This document shows, piece by piece, positions 25,250-38,738 of a stretch of DNA of 64,000 nt (position 1 is its first letter; every line of letters starts with the position of its first letter). Position numbers and translations under genes: made by a program. Source of the DNA: Octopus vulgaris (Eukaryota). The notes beneath the pieces were generated by a model. It saw nothing but the letters and a program-made list of their open reading frames with translations, was not told the DNA's origin and made no database searches. The stretch is taken from NCBI GenBank assembly GCA_951406725.2, contig OX597822.1, positions 28,520,001-28,584,000 on the forward strand, given 5' to 3'.

Positions 25250-26228
25250 ATATTATGTATGTATGTAAGTATGTATATATGTATGTATGTATCTATGTGT
25301 GTGTATATGTATGTGTGTGTGTGTATGTGTACTTTCGAAATTTAGCAATGTTTCCTAAAAATATAACTATTACTTTAATCACGGAAAGCAATTGTCTTTC
25401 TGTTTCTACATTTGTTTCTACATCTTGGCACCATGCAAGCGTAAATTTAGCAACTCATGTATTCCAGCCTTATTGTAATGACAGTAACACAATATCGCAA
25501 TTATTTAACACGATTTTTGTTCCTAAATGGAATAATGAAAATATTTTTTCATTAGATTTAGTTAGTTAGATGCCATCGATATTAAATATTGAATCATAGT
25601 ATTTCGGTTGCATATATTCGTAGATAGTACTTGTATCTGCAAAAGAAGAAATATGCCATTACACAAAATATTATTGTAAACACTGCTCACGTACACGTAC
25701 ACACACATATAAACGCACGAACTATCACTCATACACTTGCATTACATATACACACAATTCAGTTCTTAGTAAAGTAATTTACCAATTAAGGTTGTCTTGC
25801 AGTTAAATTTTTTTTAATCTATAGTTTTCTGTTTTTATTTAAATATATTATAGTATATTATACATTTACTTTGAAAAAAAAATTTATTTTCTGCTATTCA
25901 GAAACGTAAAACATTTCCACTTTTCTCATATTCCTACCACTTTAGCGTTGTTGACTTCAAATGTGAACTATGTCCTGTTTACTTGCCCGGGTCTGTGAAG
26001 CTCTGCAATATCCGAGGCATTATCCCTCTGCTCGAAAAATTACACTGAACAATTAGTAATGAGTCCATCACCACAATACCACAATTATTAACTCAGATAC
26101 TTTGCTTCTTCCCGCTGTTCCTTATATTAATCCTAAATGAGGTATCTCCTACTCTGACATAGCAAACTCAGAATGTCTCAAAACCTACAGGACACACATT
26201 GCTTATTGTGTTACCCTTAGTGTTTCTC

Positions 26229-26547
26229 GTTTTTATTTATTTATGCGCCCTTTTCAAGCCTAGCCAGGCTCATGGGCCCGGTTTCCCGGTTTCTATGGCG
26301 TATGTGTTCCCCCCAGTTGGACGGGACGCCAGTCCATCACAGCGTTACTCAAGAAACAGGAAGAAAGACTGAGAGAAAGTTGGGGCGAAAGAGTACAACA
26401 GGGGTCACCACCACTCCCTGCCGGAGCCTCGTGCAGCTTTAGGTGTTTTCACTCAATAAACACACACAACGCCCGGTCTGGGAATCGAAACCACTATCCT
26501 CCGTTCGCGAGTCCGCTGCCCTAACCACTGGGCCATTGCGCCTCCAC
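26229..26547 (-). mobile_element. tRNA-derived SINE family C, full length, 10-bp TSD
   Basis: A/B-box head TGGCCCAGTGGTTAG..GGTTTCGATTCCC; (TAAA)n tail; AGTGTTTCTC at 26219-26228 and 26548-26557. Confidence 0.85.
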
Positions 26548-26835
26548 AGTGTTTCTCATATTAAAGGTTTATTCTCTAGTACTGTAAACTACGAGAATTA
26601 CAGTACCCATAATTTTTGCACAGAAACCAACAAACATATGATGAACGGCAACAGCTTTCTTATCGTCTGTCAACAAATATACACTAAGATGGTAGATGTT
26701 GTCGCATAAATATTGATAACTGAATAATAATGAAAAATAGGAATATATTACCTTCAAATAGTATATGAAATGGATGTTTATGCTCTTCCATTTCTTACTT
26801 AGATTTTGCATTACAAAAGTGCAAAATGAAATTAT

Positions 26836-26836
<1 letters not shown>

Positions 26837-26928
<92 letters not shown>
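26837..26928. repeat. (GATA)n microsatellite
   Basis: Direct reading. Confidence 0.95.
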
Positions 26929-26929
<1 letters not shown>

Positions 26930-26934
26930 ATCAC

Positions 26935-27091
26935 AGACTTCTTTCAGTTTCCGTCTTTCAAATCCACTCATGAGGTTTTGGCTGGCCCGCGGCTATAGTA
27001 GAAAACACTCTCGCAATGTGCCACGTAGTGAGACCGAACCCAAAACCATGAGGTTGAGAAGCAATTTTCTTACCACACAGCCACGCCTGCC
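26935..27091 (-). mobile_element. SINE family A, 5' part
   Basis: GCAGGCGTGGCTGTGTGGTAAG..GAGTGGATTTG..GACGGAAACTGAAAGAAG. Confidence 0.8.
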
Positions 27092-27590
27092 ATACACACA
27101 CACACACACACACGCACACACACACACATGCACACACACACACATGCACACACACACAGATGCACGCACGAACATGCGCGCGCACATACGGTGATGTCTA
27201 GTTCCATTGTTTTGTGTCGGCACCGATTTCACTGAGAAGTCACCGACAATAATTAAATTGATTATGATGAGACCTTAAGGTTTGAAATTAGGTGCTATTG
27301 TTATTTCTTTTCATTTGTCCAGCTCGTAAACATCCAGCGTCTTGCTAATTTGAGAAAACATTTTTCGTGGTAGGACAGTTTGACGTCCATTTTTAGCATA
27401 CAAAAAATCCACTGAGTGGTCTCTCCTCTTTTTTATATTTAAATATAATTCACAGTCCTCGGACGTTTTTCAAGGATGCTGACCACTGGTTCAAATTGGT
27501 ATTGTTAATTAATATTAATATCTACCTTTATTATTTGGTTTTAATTCTATATACATACACACATATGAACACACACACACACACGCACAA

Positions 27591-27628
<38 letters not shown>

Positions 27629-27749
27629 TCACACATACATATATATATATATTAGAGACAAAACCACTATTATGCAAATCAAACAAAGAAAGACTTAAGC
27701 CAATACATAAAATAATTTATATAAATTTAGGAATTTAACAATTATAAAT

Positions 27750-27810
27750 AACCACTACGATCGTTTCATGTCTTATTTCAGCACATCTTTGAGACATTCT
27801 TCAGGTGGTT
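27750..27810 (-). ncRNA. Minimal type I hammerhead ribozyme (Penelope type) with canonical core
   Basis: AACCAC-CTGAAGA-ATGTCT(18 nt)AGACAT-GAAAC-GATC-GTA-GTGGTT: 6-bp stem I, 6-bp stem II, palindromic stem III, GUA triplet. Confidence 0.8.
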
Positions 27811-28788
27811 TCAAAACCTAAAATATAATCAATATTTTTAAGATATAAATAATCTATATAATCTAAATAAAAATTAAATAAAAATTTACTTATAATAAAC
27901 TCTATTATTAAATATGATTATATCGAAATCGACTATAATGTTAAATATCAACTTTAATTTATAAGGTAGAAATCCATATTCTAATCTCCATTTTAGTCTA
28001 TATCTACTTATATAGATATTATAATGCAGCCCTATACTTCTACACATTACTTATGCATACTTGCACACACACACATACAATCACTCATTCATAAACATAT
28101 ACTCTCAGCAATACACTAACACATAGGAGAAATAACATCCAGTAACCGCAGATACTCAACCATTTGAAACCTGAATTATATAAATAGAAATAATTTTCTT
28201 TTGCCCTTGTTTATAAGTTGTTTATAAATATAAATATATATATATGTATGTATATATATATATACAGACATACGCACTTATATATGCATGTGAGAATATA
28301 TATATATACATATGCCAGCGAGTGTGTGGGGTGTATTAAAATTTCATTCCACCAGAGAATACGATTTAACATTTTTGTAATTTTTGCTCCCCTGTAGCCT
28401 TCCTATTTCAGTGATATTGCATGCAGATTTGACTGTATTTATATTAAGCCTCTCTTATTTCCACTGTTCGTCTTGGTCCGATACAGTTTTGTAAATATCA
28501 GAAACAACTGATTCCGTAAAAATCATATTTTCGAATTTCAGGTTTCAAATGAAATTTCTAATTCTGAAATTGGGTCGTGAGATGTGGTGGAAGAATCTAA
28601 CTTGCAAAAGATGTTGGTTTTATTCTAAATAAAACGAATATCACAAACGTGAAAGACTAATTCTTCAAAGAAAACATTTTGATTTTTGCATCAACACGTC
28701 TAGTTTTGTTTCCTCTTCTATTTCATTTAATTTTTCCAATAAACATGTCATTTATAACGGCATAAATATAATTCTTCATCAATTGTAC

Positions 28789-28834
<46 letters not shown>

Positions 28835-28879
28835 CGGGAAACAAAACAAATAAAATTTAAGTTCAGTAGACAACAATGG

Positions 28880-29365
28880 ACCTACATAACAGATTTACAA
28901 TTAAACAAAAAGATAATTATAAAGGAAGCTGACAAAGGAGGTTCAGCTGTTATTATGAGTACAGATTATTAAAAGAATTTTTTTTTTTTGGAATAGGTAC
29001 AAGAAAATATTTACTATGAAAGAAAAACACAACAATTACAAACCTGTGAAAATTATGAAACTATGTTACGTCTTACTGTGCCCATACCAAAATTCTTTAA
29101 CTGATAAACAAATGGATCGCCTTACAAATTTAACATTTAGAACAAACAACTTCTATGGACTACGTAAAATACATAAGAATAAGCAAATTAATGAAACAGT
29201 GAAGGGGTAAATGTAACTGTGTGAATGTCCCAACACGATTAGTTCTCAAACTGAGACCCATGGTAGCAGACCCGTCATTCAAAACACACCGCTTAAGTAA
29301 TTTTCTAGATATTCTATTAAAACCATTTCTCAAGCACATAAAGAGATTTATACGAGATAACAATC
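28880..29365 (+). mobile_element. Penelope-like RT N-terminal fragment
   Basis: IIIKEADKGGSAVIM, FYGLRKIHK, LRPMVA..THRLSNFLDILLKPFLKHIKRFIRD. Confidence 0.85.
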
Positions 29366-29439
29366 GGTTTACTCATATCCCCATAACTTAGCGGTTCGAC
29401 AAAAGAGAACTGATAGGATAAGTACTAGGCTTTAAAAAC

Positions 29440-29743
29440 TATTTTACTTTCATGGGGCCGAAGGGATGATAGTCTGAAGGTGCTAAATTATTCCAGTGAC
29501 ACGGAAGTGAAAACTGTAATGAAGAAGTGGCTCAAAGAACAGTCAGTAGAATTTTATAGGGCAGGGACACATGCTATCTTTCGAAGGTGAAACATTGCTA
29601 TTGAGAGAAACAGTGGTTATGTTGAGGAGTAGGGATGTGATCCACAGAGGAACATCTTCATTTTGATGTATGATACATGTTCCTGTGTTGGTAATTATAC
29701 CTGTCCTAAACAAAATCGCATTACTTATTGACTCACCCTCGTA
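29440..29743 (+). mobile_element. Mariner 3' end with TIR
   Basis: KKWLKEQSVEFYRAG..NIAIERNSGYVEE*, then TTACTTATTGACTCACCCTCG-TA. Confidence 0.8.
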
Positions 29744-30044
29744 TATTCTGTAGATAAGGAATCTGCAAATCCAGTACATGTCAATTATTATTAGAGAAAT
29801 AGGATATGTAGCAACCCACCTGAAGCAAAGTAACGCTGAGCTTTGGTTCTTGGGAAGAAAATGCAAATCGTTGTTTCATATGGTATAAATGGTCTCGATA
29901 TCTGGGACAATAAAAGTCTTCCAGACCTAAAGCTTTAAAAGATGATGAATAAAACAAGATGCTTCCTTCACAACCTGGCTACCATGCAGATAGCCGATCA
30001 AATATATATGAATATATACATACGTGACTATTCGTGCGTATATG

Positions 30045-30091
<47 letters not shown>

Positions 30092-30180
30092 CATTACCAT
30101 TCAAACATTGTTGTTGAGATGAGACATTTGTACAAATACATAAGCTTCTCACATACCATGCACTATATATATGTGTGTGT

Positions 30181-30252
<72 letters not shown>

Positions 30253-31224
30253 CCTTGTACAGTGTCACTAAATCGGCAATTCTAATAAATAAAATAAAAA
30301 TACATAAATGAAATGAAGAAAAGATATTAAATGTGTGAGTATATATTTTAAAGATGAAGTAGGTTACTTGATAAAACTTTGAACTACTCTCGGAAGATAT
30401 CTGATTTATAACTTCCTTCTAACATTATGTTCTGATCCACTCACCGTTTAATATCCCAGTGTTAGCCTAACTGCCAATATGACCCTATGAAAGCACTGTG
30501 TACCACTACATGCAATGCGAGAATTGTGTTTGAAATTGACGTGTTATCAGATACAGTATACATGGAAAGAAAAATGCGATAATAAAATAAAATCAGCATT
30601 ATTAGAGTACGTTTTGTAAAATAATGTGAGTCTATTGATCAAATAGATAATTTTATCAGGGTAACTTGCAACAGGGGAATAAATCTAGGCTCAGCTTCCG
30701 AAGATCGCGATAATTTCTGTCCAGAAATTGCTAAATAAAATACAGAAATTTAAAATATAAAAATGAGACTTACCTGCAACAATGGAAAATATAAAACCCG
30801 AAATTTCTTCGTCGTCTAATACTATGAAATGATAAAGCTGCTGCATTAAGGAATATATATATATATAGCCTAGTAATGGATAGTTAATTAATATGGCATA
30901 CTTCTGTTATAAAAAAAATTTCTGGCAGAAAGCCACAATTAATATCTTTATGTAAAATTATCAATTCTAATAATTGTAACCAAACCACAAAGATATAAAC
31001 TTGTGGCTTTCTGCCAAAATTCAGTATTTGAGTGATACGATATAAATGTCAGAAGGATAGAGTTTGAACTTAAAACGTAAAGAGCAATAAGGTTATTTGT
31101 GCGACAATCAAGTAATTATTAAAATAATACGATGAAAACATCCATACGACTAATTACAGTAATAGAAGTTTTCAGCATTAATAACTTTGTAAACCCTATT
31201 AAATATTAATATTACTCTATACAA

Positions 31225-31820
31225 CGCAACGGAGTGGCAAAATCGTTTGCACGCAAAACAAAATGCTAGGCAGCATTTTGTTCGTCATTACGTTGAGTTC
31301 AGAAGGCGGCGAGCTGGCAGAATTGTTAGCGCGCTAGATGAAATGCTTCTCGGTATTTCGCTCGTCGCTATGTTCTGAGTTCAAATTCCGCCGAGGTCGA
31401 CTTTGCCTTTCATCCTTTCGAGGTCGATTAATTAAGTACCAGTAATTGACTATCTCCCTACCCCAAATTTCAGGCCTTGTGCCTGCAGTTGAAAGGATTC
31501 AAATTCTGCTGAGGTCGAATTTGCCGTTCATCACTTTCAGGGACGATAAAATAAGTACGAGTTGAACATTGGGGTCGCTGTAATCGACTAGTTCCTTTCT
31601 CCTAAACTTCTTTGTCTTAAGCCAAATTTTGAATCAATATAGCTCCATACAGACAAGGCAGCGAGCTGGCAGAATCGTTAGCACGCCGGCCAAAATGTTT
31701 CGGGGCATTTCCTCTGTCTTTAAGTACTAAGATTAGATTCTGCCGAGGTCGACTTTGAAGTTCATCCTTTTGGGATCGATAAGCAAGAACTAATTGAACA
31801 CTAGAGCCGATGTAATGTTG
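31225..31820 (+). mobile_element. Cluster of nested SINE family B copies
   Basis: Repeated GGC.GCGAGCTGGCAGAAT heads and GAGGTCGA.TTTG..TTCATC..TTC cores. Confidence 0.85.
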
Positions 31821-31821
31821 T

Positions 31822-32235
31822 GGCGTAGAAGTGGCTGTGTGGTAAGTAGTTTGCTTACCAACCACATGGTTCCGGGTTCAGTCCCACTGAGTGGCACCTT
31901 GGGTAATTGTCTTCTACTATAGCCTCGGGCCGACCAAAGCCTTGTGAGTGGATTTGGTAGACTGAAACTGAAAGAAGTCCTTCGTATATACGTGTGTATG
32001 TATATATGTGTGTGTGTGTTTGAGTGTCTGTGTTTGTCCCCCTAACATCGCTTGACAACCGATGCTGGTGTATTTATGTCTCCGTGACTTAGCGGTTCGG
32101 CAAAAGAGACCGATAGAATAGATACTAGGCTTACAAAGAATATGTCCTGGGGTCATTTTGCTCGACTAAAGGCGGTGCTCCAGCATGGCCACAGTCAAAT
32201 GACTGAAACAAGTAAAAGAGTAAAAGAGTAAAAAG
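31822..32235 (+). mobile_element. SINE family A, full length, inserted into a family B copy
   Basis: tRNA-like head GTGGCTGTGTGGTAAG..GGGTTCAGTCCC, internal (TG)n, (AGTAAAAG)n tail; family B tail resumes at about 32236. Confidence 0.9.
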
Positions 32236-32423
32236 ACTTAACGCTACCCCGAAATTGCAGGCCTTGTGCCAAAATTTGAAATCAATATTAATCTATCTAT
32301 TGACTTTTTCACATATTCATTTTGTTAGCAATCGATTACTCCCAATATCGATTATTTTGCTTTTGTGTTTTACTCTCCTCATCTCTATATAAGTGTACGT
32401 ATGTGAGTACATACATACATACA

Positions 32424-32454
<31 letters not shown>

Positions 32455-32619
32455 GTATAGGTGTGTGAGTGTGTGTGGCGAATGTGTGTATGTATGTATA
32501 TTCGCAAAAATTCGCAATTATTTCGCCTAAACACTTATACACGTACAAACTCCACCCACTCCACACACACACACACACACATACACACACATAAACACAC
32601 ATACACATACATGTCATTC

Positions 32620-34510
32620 ATGTTAAGGAAGTCTGAAGGATATCTCGCTGCTTCAAAAGGAAACAGAAATCCCAAACCACACATTGTTTCTCTGTAGATG
32701 ACTTGAAACTGTATGCCAAGAATATACATGACATAAAAAAGAACCTTGATCTGATTACAACATTCTCAAAGGATATAGGATTGGAGTTTGGTCAGGAAAA
32801 ATCTTGCTATGTGGTCGTGAAAAGAGACTAGCAATATCTCTATCAGTGACATAACTGTTTCCCCTGTATCTGCTGAGGAATGATACAGGTACACGGGGGT
32901 AAACGAAAGCTTCTTACCATCTTACAATGGTACCTTAACAAGACACGTGTCACTAAAGAAAACATGGATTTCGGAACTTTCTGCATTCAATGAATCAGTG
33001 ATCCACAATGTGTTTGCGGTACCAGTACTCATACCGATATTTGAGCTACTTGATTGAACGTTTAATGAAGTCCGAGCTGTTGATGTAAAAACCCGGAAGT
33101 TATGGACCAGTATACATGATTCCCACATCAAAAGCGACGTAGACCATCTCTACTTAAAATGAAAACTAGAGACAGAGGCTTGACATCGATCCAGACTGCC
33201 TTTCAATGTCATATCATATCCCTTCGGCAACATCTTTTAACTATGAAAGTACATCTCTTGACCAAGTTTGCATACACGAGACGGATAACATCATGAGGCT
33301 TGGAAAGCAGCTCCTTCAGCAACATTCCTTGCCTGATAAACTTGAATACAAAGAAGTCGCACAACTCTACCGCAAGGTATCATCGAATGAAAAGATGAGC
33401 ATACATCAGCAGAAGACCATGCATAATTATGTTAGCAGAAAGCTTCAGGGATGATAGTAACACTGATAATCAAAGCAGTCTATTTTTGACCAACAACCGG
33501 ATAGTATGCGTTTGCAATCCAGGAACAGGAAATATCAACCAAATACCTGGTGCACAGAATGGACAGAGACGCAGGGAAAACACCAAAATGGGATAAGCTA
33601 TGCAAACTTTGTTAACACTGAAGACATCACCCAGTTGTACAAAAATGTCATCGCAATATTATCTACCGATGAGATATGATGTTGTAATGATATTCGTCGG
33701 AAGGATAACCCTAAGGCCAAAGAAATAAGAACCCACAGCATGACAGAGGCCAGTGAAAACCTTAGTAAAATGTAGACATAATAGCCCTGACATAGTACTT
33801 TGAGACCGAGAAGAGAAACTGTGTAGTTTCATTTTCTGCCTAGCAGATACGCTTTACTCTTTTACTTGTGTCAGCCATTTGACTGCGGCCATGCTAGACC
33901 ACCACCTTTAGTCCGAGCAAATCGACCTCAGGACTTATTCTTTGTAAGCCTAATACTTATTCTATCGGTCTCTTTTGCCGAACTGCTAAGTCACGGGGAC
34001 GTAAACACACCAGCATCGGTTGTCAAGCGATGTTGGGGGGACAAACACAGACACACAAGCATATACACACACATACATATATACGACGGGTTTCTTTTCA
34101 GTTTCCGTCTACCAAATCCACTCACAAGGCTGTGATAGGCCCGAGGTTATAGCAGAAGATACTTGTCCAAGGTACCACGCAGTGGGACTGAACCAGGAAC
34201 CATGTGGTTGGTAAGCAAGCTACTTACCACACTGTCACTCCTGTGCTTATACAAATAAAAAATTAGAATAGGAAATAAAAATATAAAGAGAAACGGGAAA
34301 TACATACACTGAACTCTTGAGAAATCTACACTTCCTCTACCCAGATTTCAGGCTCATGTTTATACCTGTAATTATTGCGGAACTGTGACATGTAACATAC
34401 TGCCTAAGTACCAATCTTGAGAAATTAGGCTTCTCCAACCAGAAAAGAGAAAGCTGATTCGAAGCCCTCACTGGAACAGTAAAGATTTGTAAAATTTCCA
34501 AAAGTTCATC
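32620..34510 (+). mobile_element. Decayed R4/Dong-like (restriction-endonuclease-type) non-LTR element interrupted by a SINE
   Basis: VDDLKLYAKN..TTFSKDIGLEFG, HIKSDVDHLYL, AIQEQEISTK, PDIVL; many indels. Confidence 0.75.
33853..34246 (-). mobile_element. SINE family A, full length
   Basis: Reverse complement of 31822-32235. Confidence 0.9.
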
Positions 34511-34738
34511 ATTTAAGTATATATACGCATGTCTAGACATGCAAATATATATATGAGAATGCATCCATAAAGCAGAACACAAATCTGCACATGCACTGAC
34601 TCCAAAAACTGCACATGAACACAAATATAAGCAAAAATACCTTGATGCTGTTGAAATTCCAATGAAGAAACCTGGGTATAGGTTAGAAACCGGGTCTTTC
34701 CCTGTTAGCAAGAAATCTTAAAATAAAACTAAATAACG

Positions 34739-34771
<33 letters not shown>

Positions 34772-34798
34772 CATACATACATACATACATACATACAT

Positions 34799-35323
34799 GG
34801 TGGCTGCCCCCTCGTTATTGAGTATGGTCATTGCACGAAGCTTAATCAATGTTGTTATTGTGCAATGTCTGTGCAAGAAGTTTTTTTTTTAAGTGAGGAA
34901 AGGCTGTGCACTGAGTCAATCCCACTCACTAAGCAACAGCAGCCATAATCCGAAAAGAAGAACAAGTCAACATCATCGGTAACCACTGAGACGCAGTTAT
35001 CCCAGTTACCTGAGTTACCGTCTCCTAGAAGGATGCCCTAACAAAAGCTAGGAGTCCTTCACTCCCAATGGTTTAACCGCGCGATTGGGTATTCAGTCCG
35101 ATTATTTCTATGTCCCCGCACATGATACAGCCTTAAGACATTTATTGGATGGCTGTTGACTCTCAAGAGTTCCTCCGCCCTTTGACGGGTTTTGTTTTTC
35201 ATCCCGCAGGGTGTCCAATAAACACCCTCCTCACCAAGCAAGCTTGGTGGGGTTGCCGGTTTAGTCGCCGACGACACGACCATGCAGCAGGTTGTACTGG
35301 GTTACATGTTACCAGTAGCACTC
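34799..35323 (-). mobile_element. Non-coding GC-richer insertion within a (TACA)n tract, possibly an RTE-derived non-autonomous element
   Basis: Flanked on both sides by (TACA)n; absent from duplication copy B. Confidence 0.45.
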
Positions 35324-36164
35324 GTACATACATACATACATACATACATACATACATACATACATACATACATACATACATACATACATACATACATACA
35401 TACGTACGTACGTACGTACATGCTAAGCATAAAGTTTGACTACATGGAAAATAACACGTGTATTCAATAGTGTCGCTAATAATGGCTGTGTAGAGTTGTT
35501 GCCACGCTCATCAGATATTAGTCGCCCTCACGTCATTTTCTGTTGAAGGAGAATGTGTACTCAATGAAAATCACAGATGTGAACGCATCATGAATGAATG
35601 TACTCAAATTGACGGAAGTGTGGAATTACTCCATTAGCTTTATGTCAATCTCACAAAGCGCATCGAACTCTAATTATGGAAACTATGTTGAAAATGTTAT
35701 TGATTATTGTAGTTGGATAGAATTATTGAAAAATATGCATTTTTGTTTATATATGTAGACTTTACGGCCACCCTGTTCATCCATAAATAAATAATTAATT
35801 AATTAAATCAATAAAAGCTTGATAGAACAAGCAAGAGAAACGTAACTCAGTACATGGATATGTCATCTTTTTATTTTTAATCGTGAGAATGTTACAAAAG
35901 TTACTCGAGGACCGAGAGATTCGTAGGTGGCACATAACACACTGACTTCAAATCAGAGGATTCATTAGATAAAAAGTGTATAATTCATGAAGCCTAATAT
36001 TGGTAGGTTACGTGAAAGCAGTCAATTTTCTAATAAACTGTTCGTTAAACAAAGTAGTTTTGAAAATAAATCATATAAAATACATGCAAAAAGTAACAAA
36101 TTCATAGATACACACAGGTACACACAACACGTACAGGTTGTTCGAACTAAGCTTCACCATTTTT

Positions 36165-36358
36165 ATGTCAAAATATTTTCGTCGCGGTCTTAAAGCGACG
36201 AAAATATTTTGAGAAATTAAACTTAAATGTTGACGTGAATCGAACGGCTTTTGTGTGTTTCTTAAATGGCTTACAAACACCTTCCACGCTGCAATTGTTT
36301 TCGTTTCAGCACACGATCTCAGATCAAATCACTTGCTATGCAAGTACATCTCCGTAAC
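36165..36358. mobile_element. Truncated copy of the palindromic element at 21040-21740
   Basis: Hairpin TCAAAATATTTTCGTCGC..GCGACGAAAATATTTTGA; arm ends in TACATCTCCGTAA. Confidence 0.75.
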
Positions 36359-36478
36359 TTATATTTATATTAGTTCTATTATTTGTATTTAGGCTCCAAC
36401 TAATGACTTCTCTAATTCTCTAAAAAATGTTTGCTGCAATAATTTGGGCAGAACTAATATTCTGCCGATTATGGGAAA

Positions 36479-36730
36479 ATGAATTATACGGGTTTGAGTG
36501 AACACATCTGGACTATAAAGCATGTGGACACTAAATATGACATTAAATGGTCAATTATTAGTAATGATTCACCATATACCGTTGGATATTCGAAATGTGA
36601 TCTCTGCTTAGAAGAATCATTCTATATCCTTACCTGTAATTTCAGATTATTTAATCCCAGAAACAAATTAGCAGCAAAATGCGCACATTTATTTAGAAAA
36701 GTATTTCAGTATTTTCCAAATAAGGAATCT
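36479..36730 (+). mobile_element. Penelope-like GIY-YIG C-terminal fragment (also at about 57385-57575)
   Basis: GLSEHIW..YDIKWSII..KCDLCLEE..FNPRNKLAAKCAH. Confidence 0.8.
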
Positions 36731-38738
36731 TATTTGGAAATCACGTAGATGAAAGGATACATAAGTTTATCTAGTTAACTTCTGTCGCAAATTTACTTAC
36801 GTTTTAACAAATCTGCATTAATCCTAACTATTATATATTTTTGGTAGGGAGGAAATAATGCAAAATATGGTTAGAATGTATATTTACTTCACACAACATA
36901 CATTGATTAGACTTACGTTAAAATTTCACATAATTTACCAAAATCTATTATAATTCAGAGTTGTAACTGAAATGGTATTGATTAATAGCTTTGGTTTCAT
37001 AATAAAGGTTTTGTAGTTTAGATAGTGATGAAAAAAGGGACATTTTATTCTTCATACCAGTTTATATATATTAGTTACATAACTGGAATACATATGGCTT
37101 CAAATGAAGATTAGAACAGCAACGCTATCTGGACATATACAACACGAGCCGAGACATCAGTATTAATATTGATTTGCTTTTGAGTGAGCTCAATTCTGAG
37201 AAGGGTACAGCATGAAATGTTATGTTTTCTCAACAACATTAGCAATATCAGTTCACGTTTACACAGAAACCCAAACCCGCAGTAACGTTACTTAAAATCT
37301 ACTGATAACGTTTATTGAGAAGCTCAAACTATATCGGTAAAATTCATGGAGATAGCTTTGAAATTTCGTTCAGCATTTGAAATAGCAGCAGGCAAGCTAT
37401 GTTAATCGTAATAAAATGTACTTTTGTACTCACGAAGAATTGCTTTTTATATTTTATTTATCTAGTTTAATATTACAGACATAGAGTACGTAAGTTAAAA
37501 TGCTCATCATTAATGACAGGATATTATGATTCATTTAATGCCGTTATTATACAAGGTATTAGACAACAAAAATATGATATATATTGTGGTTTGAATAAGA
37601 CTTACCGTCAGTGAATAAAAACCTTTATATGAAAGTAATATGACAATTAAAAGTAACGTTTAAAACGATTTGATTTTGCTCTTGTCGAAACAAATTATTT
37701 TCTCATGCAAAAAGTTTATATAAGTTACCAGAATACAAAAAGACTTGTTGAGAGTATTATAAAATTAACGAAATGTTATCAGTATTCTTCTTAACACCTT
37801 CTGATCTCTCCGTAGATAATGTGTTACGGAATGGAAGGTAAAAGCACTACAGCATCTTGATTGCTGGACAAATAAGAGCTGATTAGCAGAGAATTAGTTG
37901 GATAATTAAAAGCGATAAAAATAATAATTAATAGAGTTGGGATACAAATGTGATACACGGGTAATAGTCTCTTATCACACGCACCAGTCTCTCTATAGAT
38001 CCAGTTACATGTGACGCAATAAATGTTTTTCAGAACGTTTCCCAAAACGTTTTTCATTTCATAGTTATTCAATAAGTGTGAGGAAGAGACTATATAAGAT
38101 GGGAATAGAACGAGATTATATAAGTTAGGAAACATATCTCCATAGACATTGCTAGATTAGCAAGTTATGCATGACCATGGGGAGATATGAGTGAGCTCAA
38201 ACTTCATAAACAACCCGCATATTCAAAAATGTTCGGTCAACAGAAATTAAATGGGATACAAGGATAAAAAAAAAGGGATACAATAAAATTACTAACTATA
38301 TAGGGTTTGGAACAAAAAGTGAGTCCGTTCAACAGCTCATGTGGACATAAAAAGTTTTAATATATTGAGTACAGGTGACACTGGCCAAAAATAAACGAAC
38401 AAGTTCCTGAAAGAGATAGGCACGTACCCTTCACACTTGCAAGGCGTTTATCTTATACGAATTCAAATAGAATCTAGAAAACATAACTTTTCTTTTTTGT
38501 TTTTTCATTTCTTTTTTTCCGAATCGGCATTTTAGGAATTTCAGTTCAGAATGTTGTTAATTGTTGAACTTGGTAACCTCAGCTGATTCATAGTCTCGAA
38601 GATCTATAGTCAAAGGTATTCTAGTAAGAACCATCATGTCATTTATTCAGATTTAATATATAATTTATTATCCATTATTTCCATCTTCATTCCACTGACG
38701 ATATTGAGTAACCCACATTGGTTAGCTTGACGATACAC

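Larger units (their letters stand above)
25637..30773 (-). other. Candidate 5'UTR intron of receptor 2
   Basis: Donor CAG|GTAAGT at 30773, in a context like the donors at 41305 and 62325; acceptor ttcttcttttgcag at 25637; alternative cag|ATAGCC near 25134. Confidence 0.45.

Noticed and set aside
26470-26547. tRNA gene-like A/B boxes (also SINE A and B heads)
   Set aside because: They continue into SINE bodies with simple-repeat tails and a TSD; not stand-alone tRNAs
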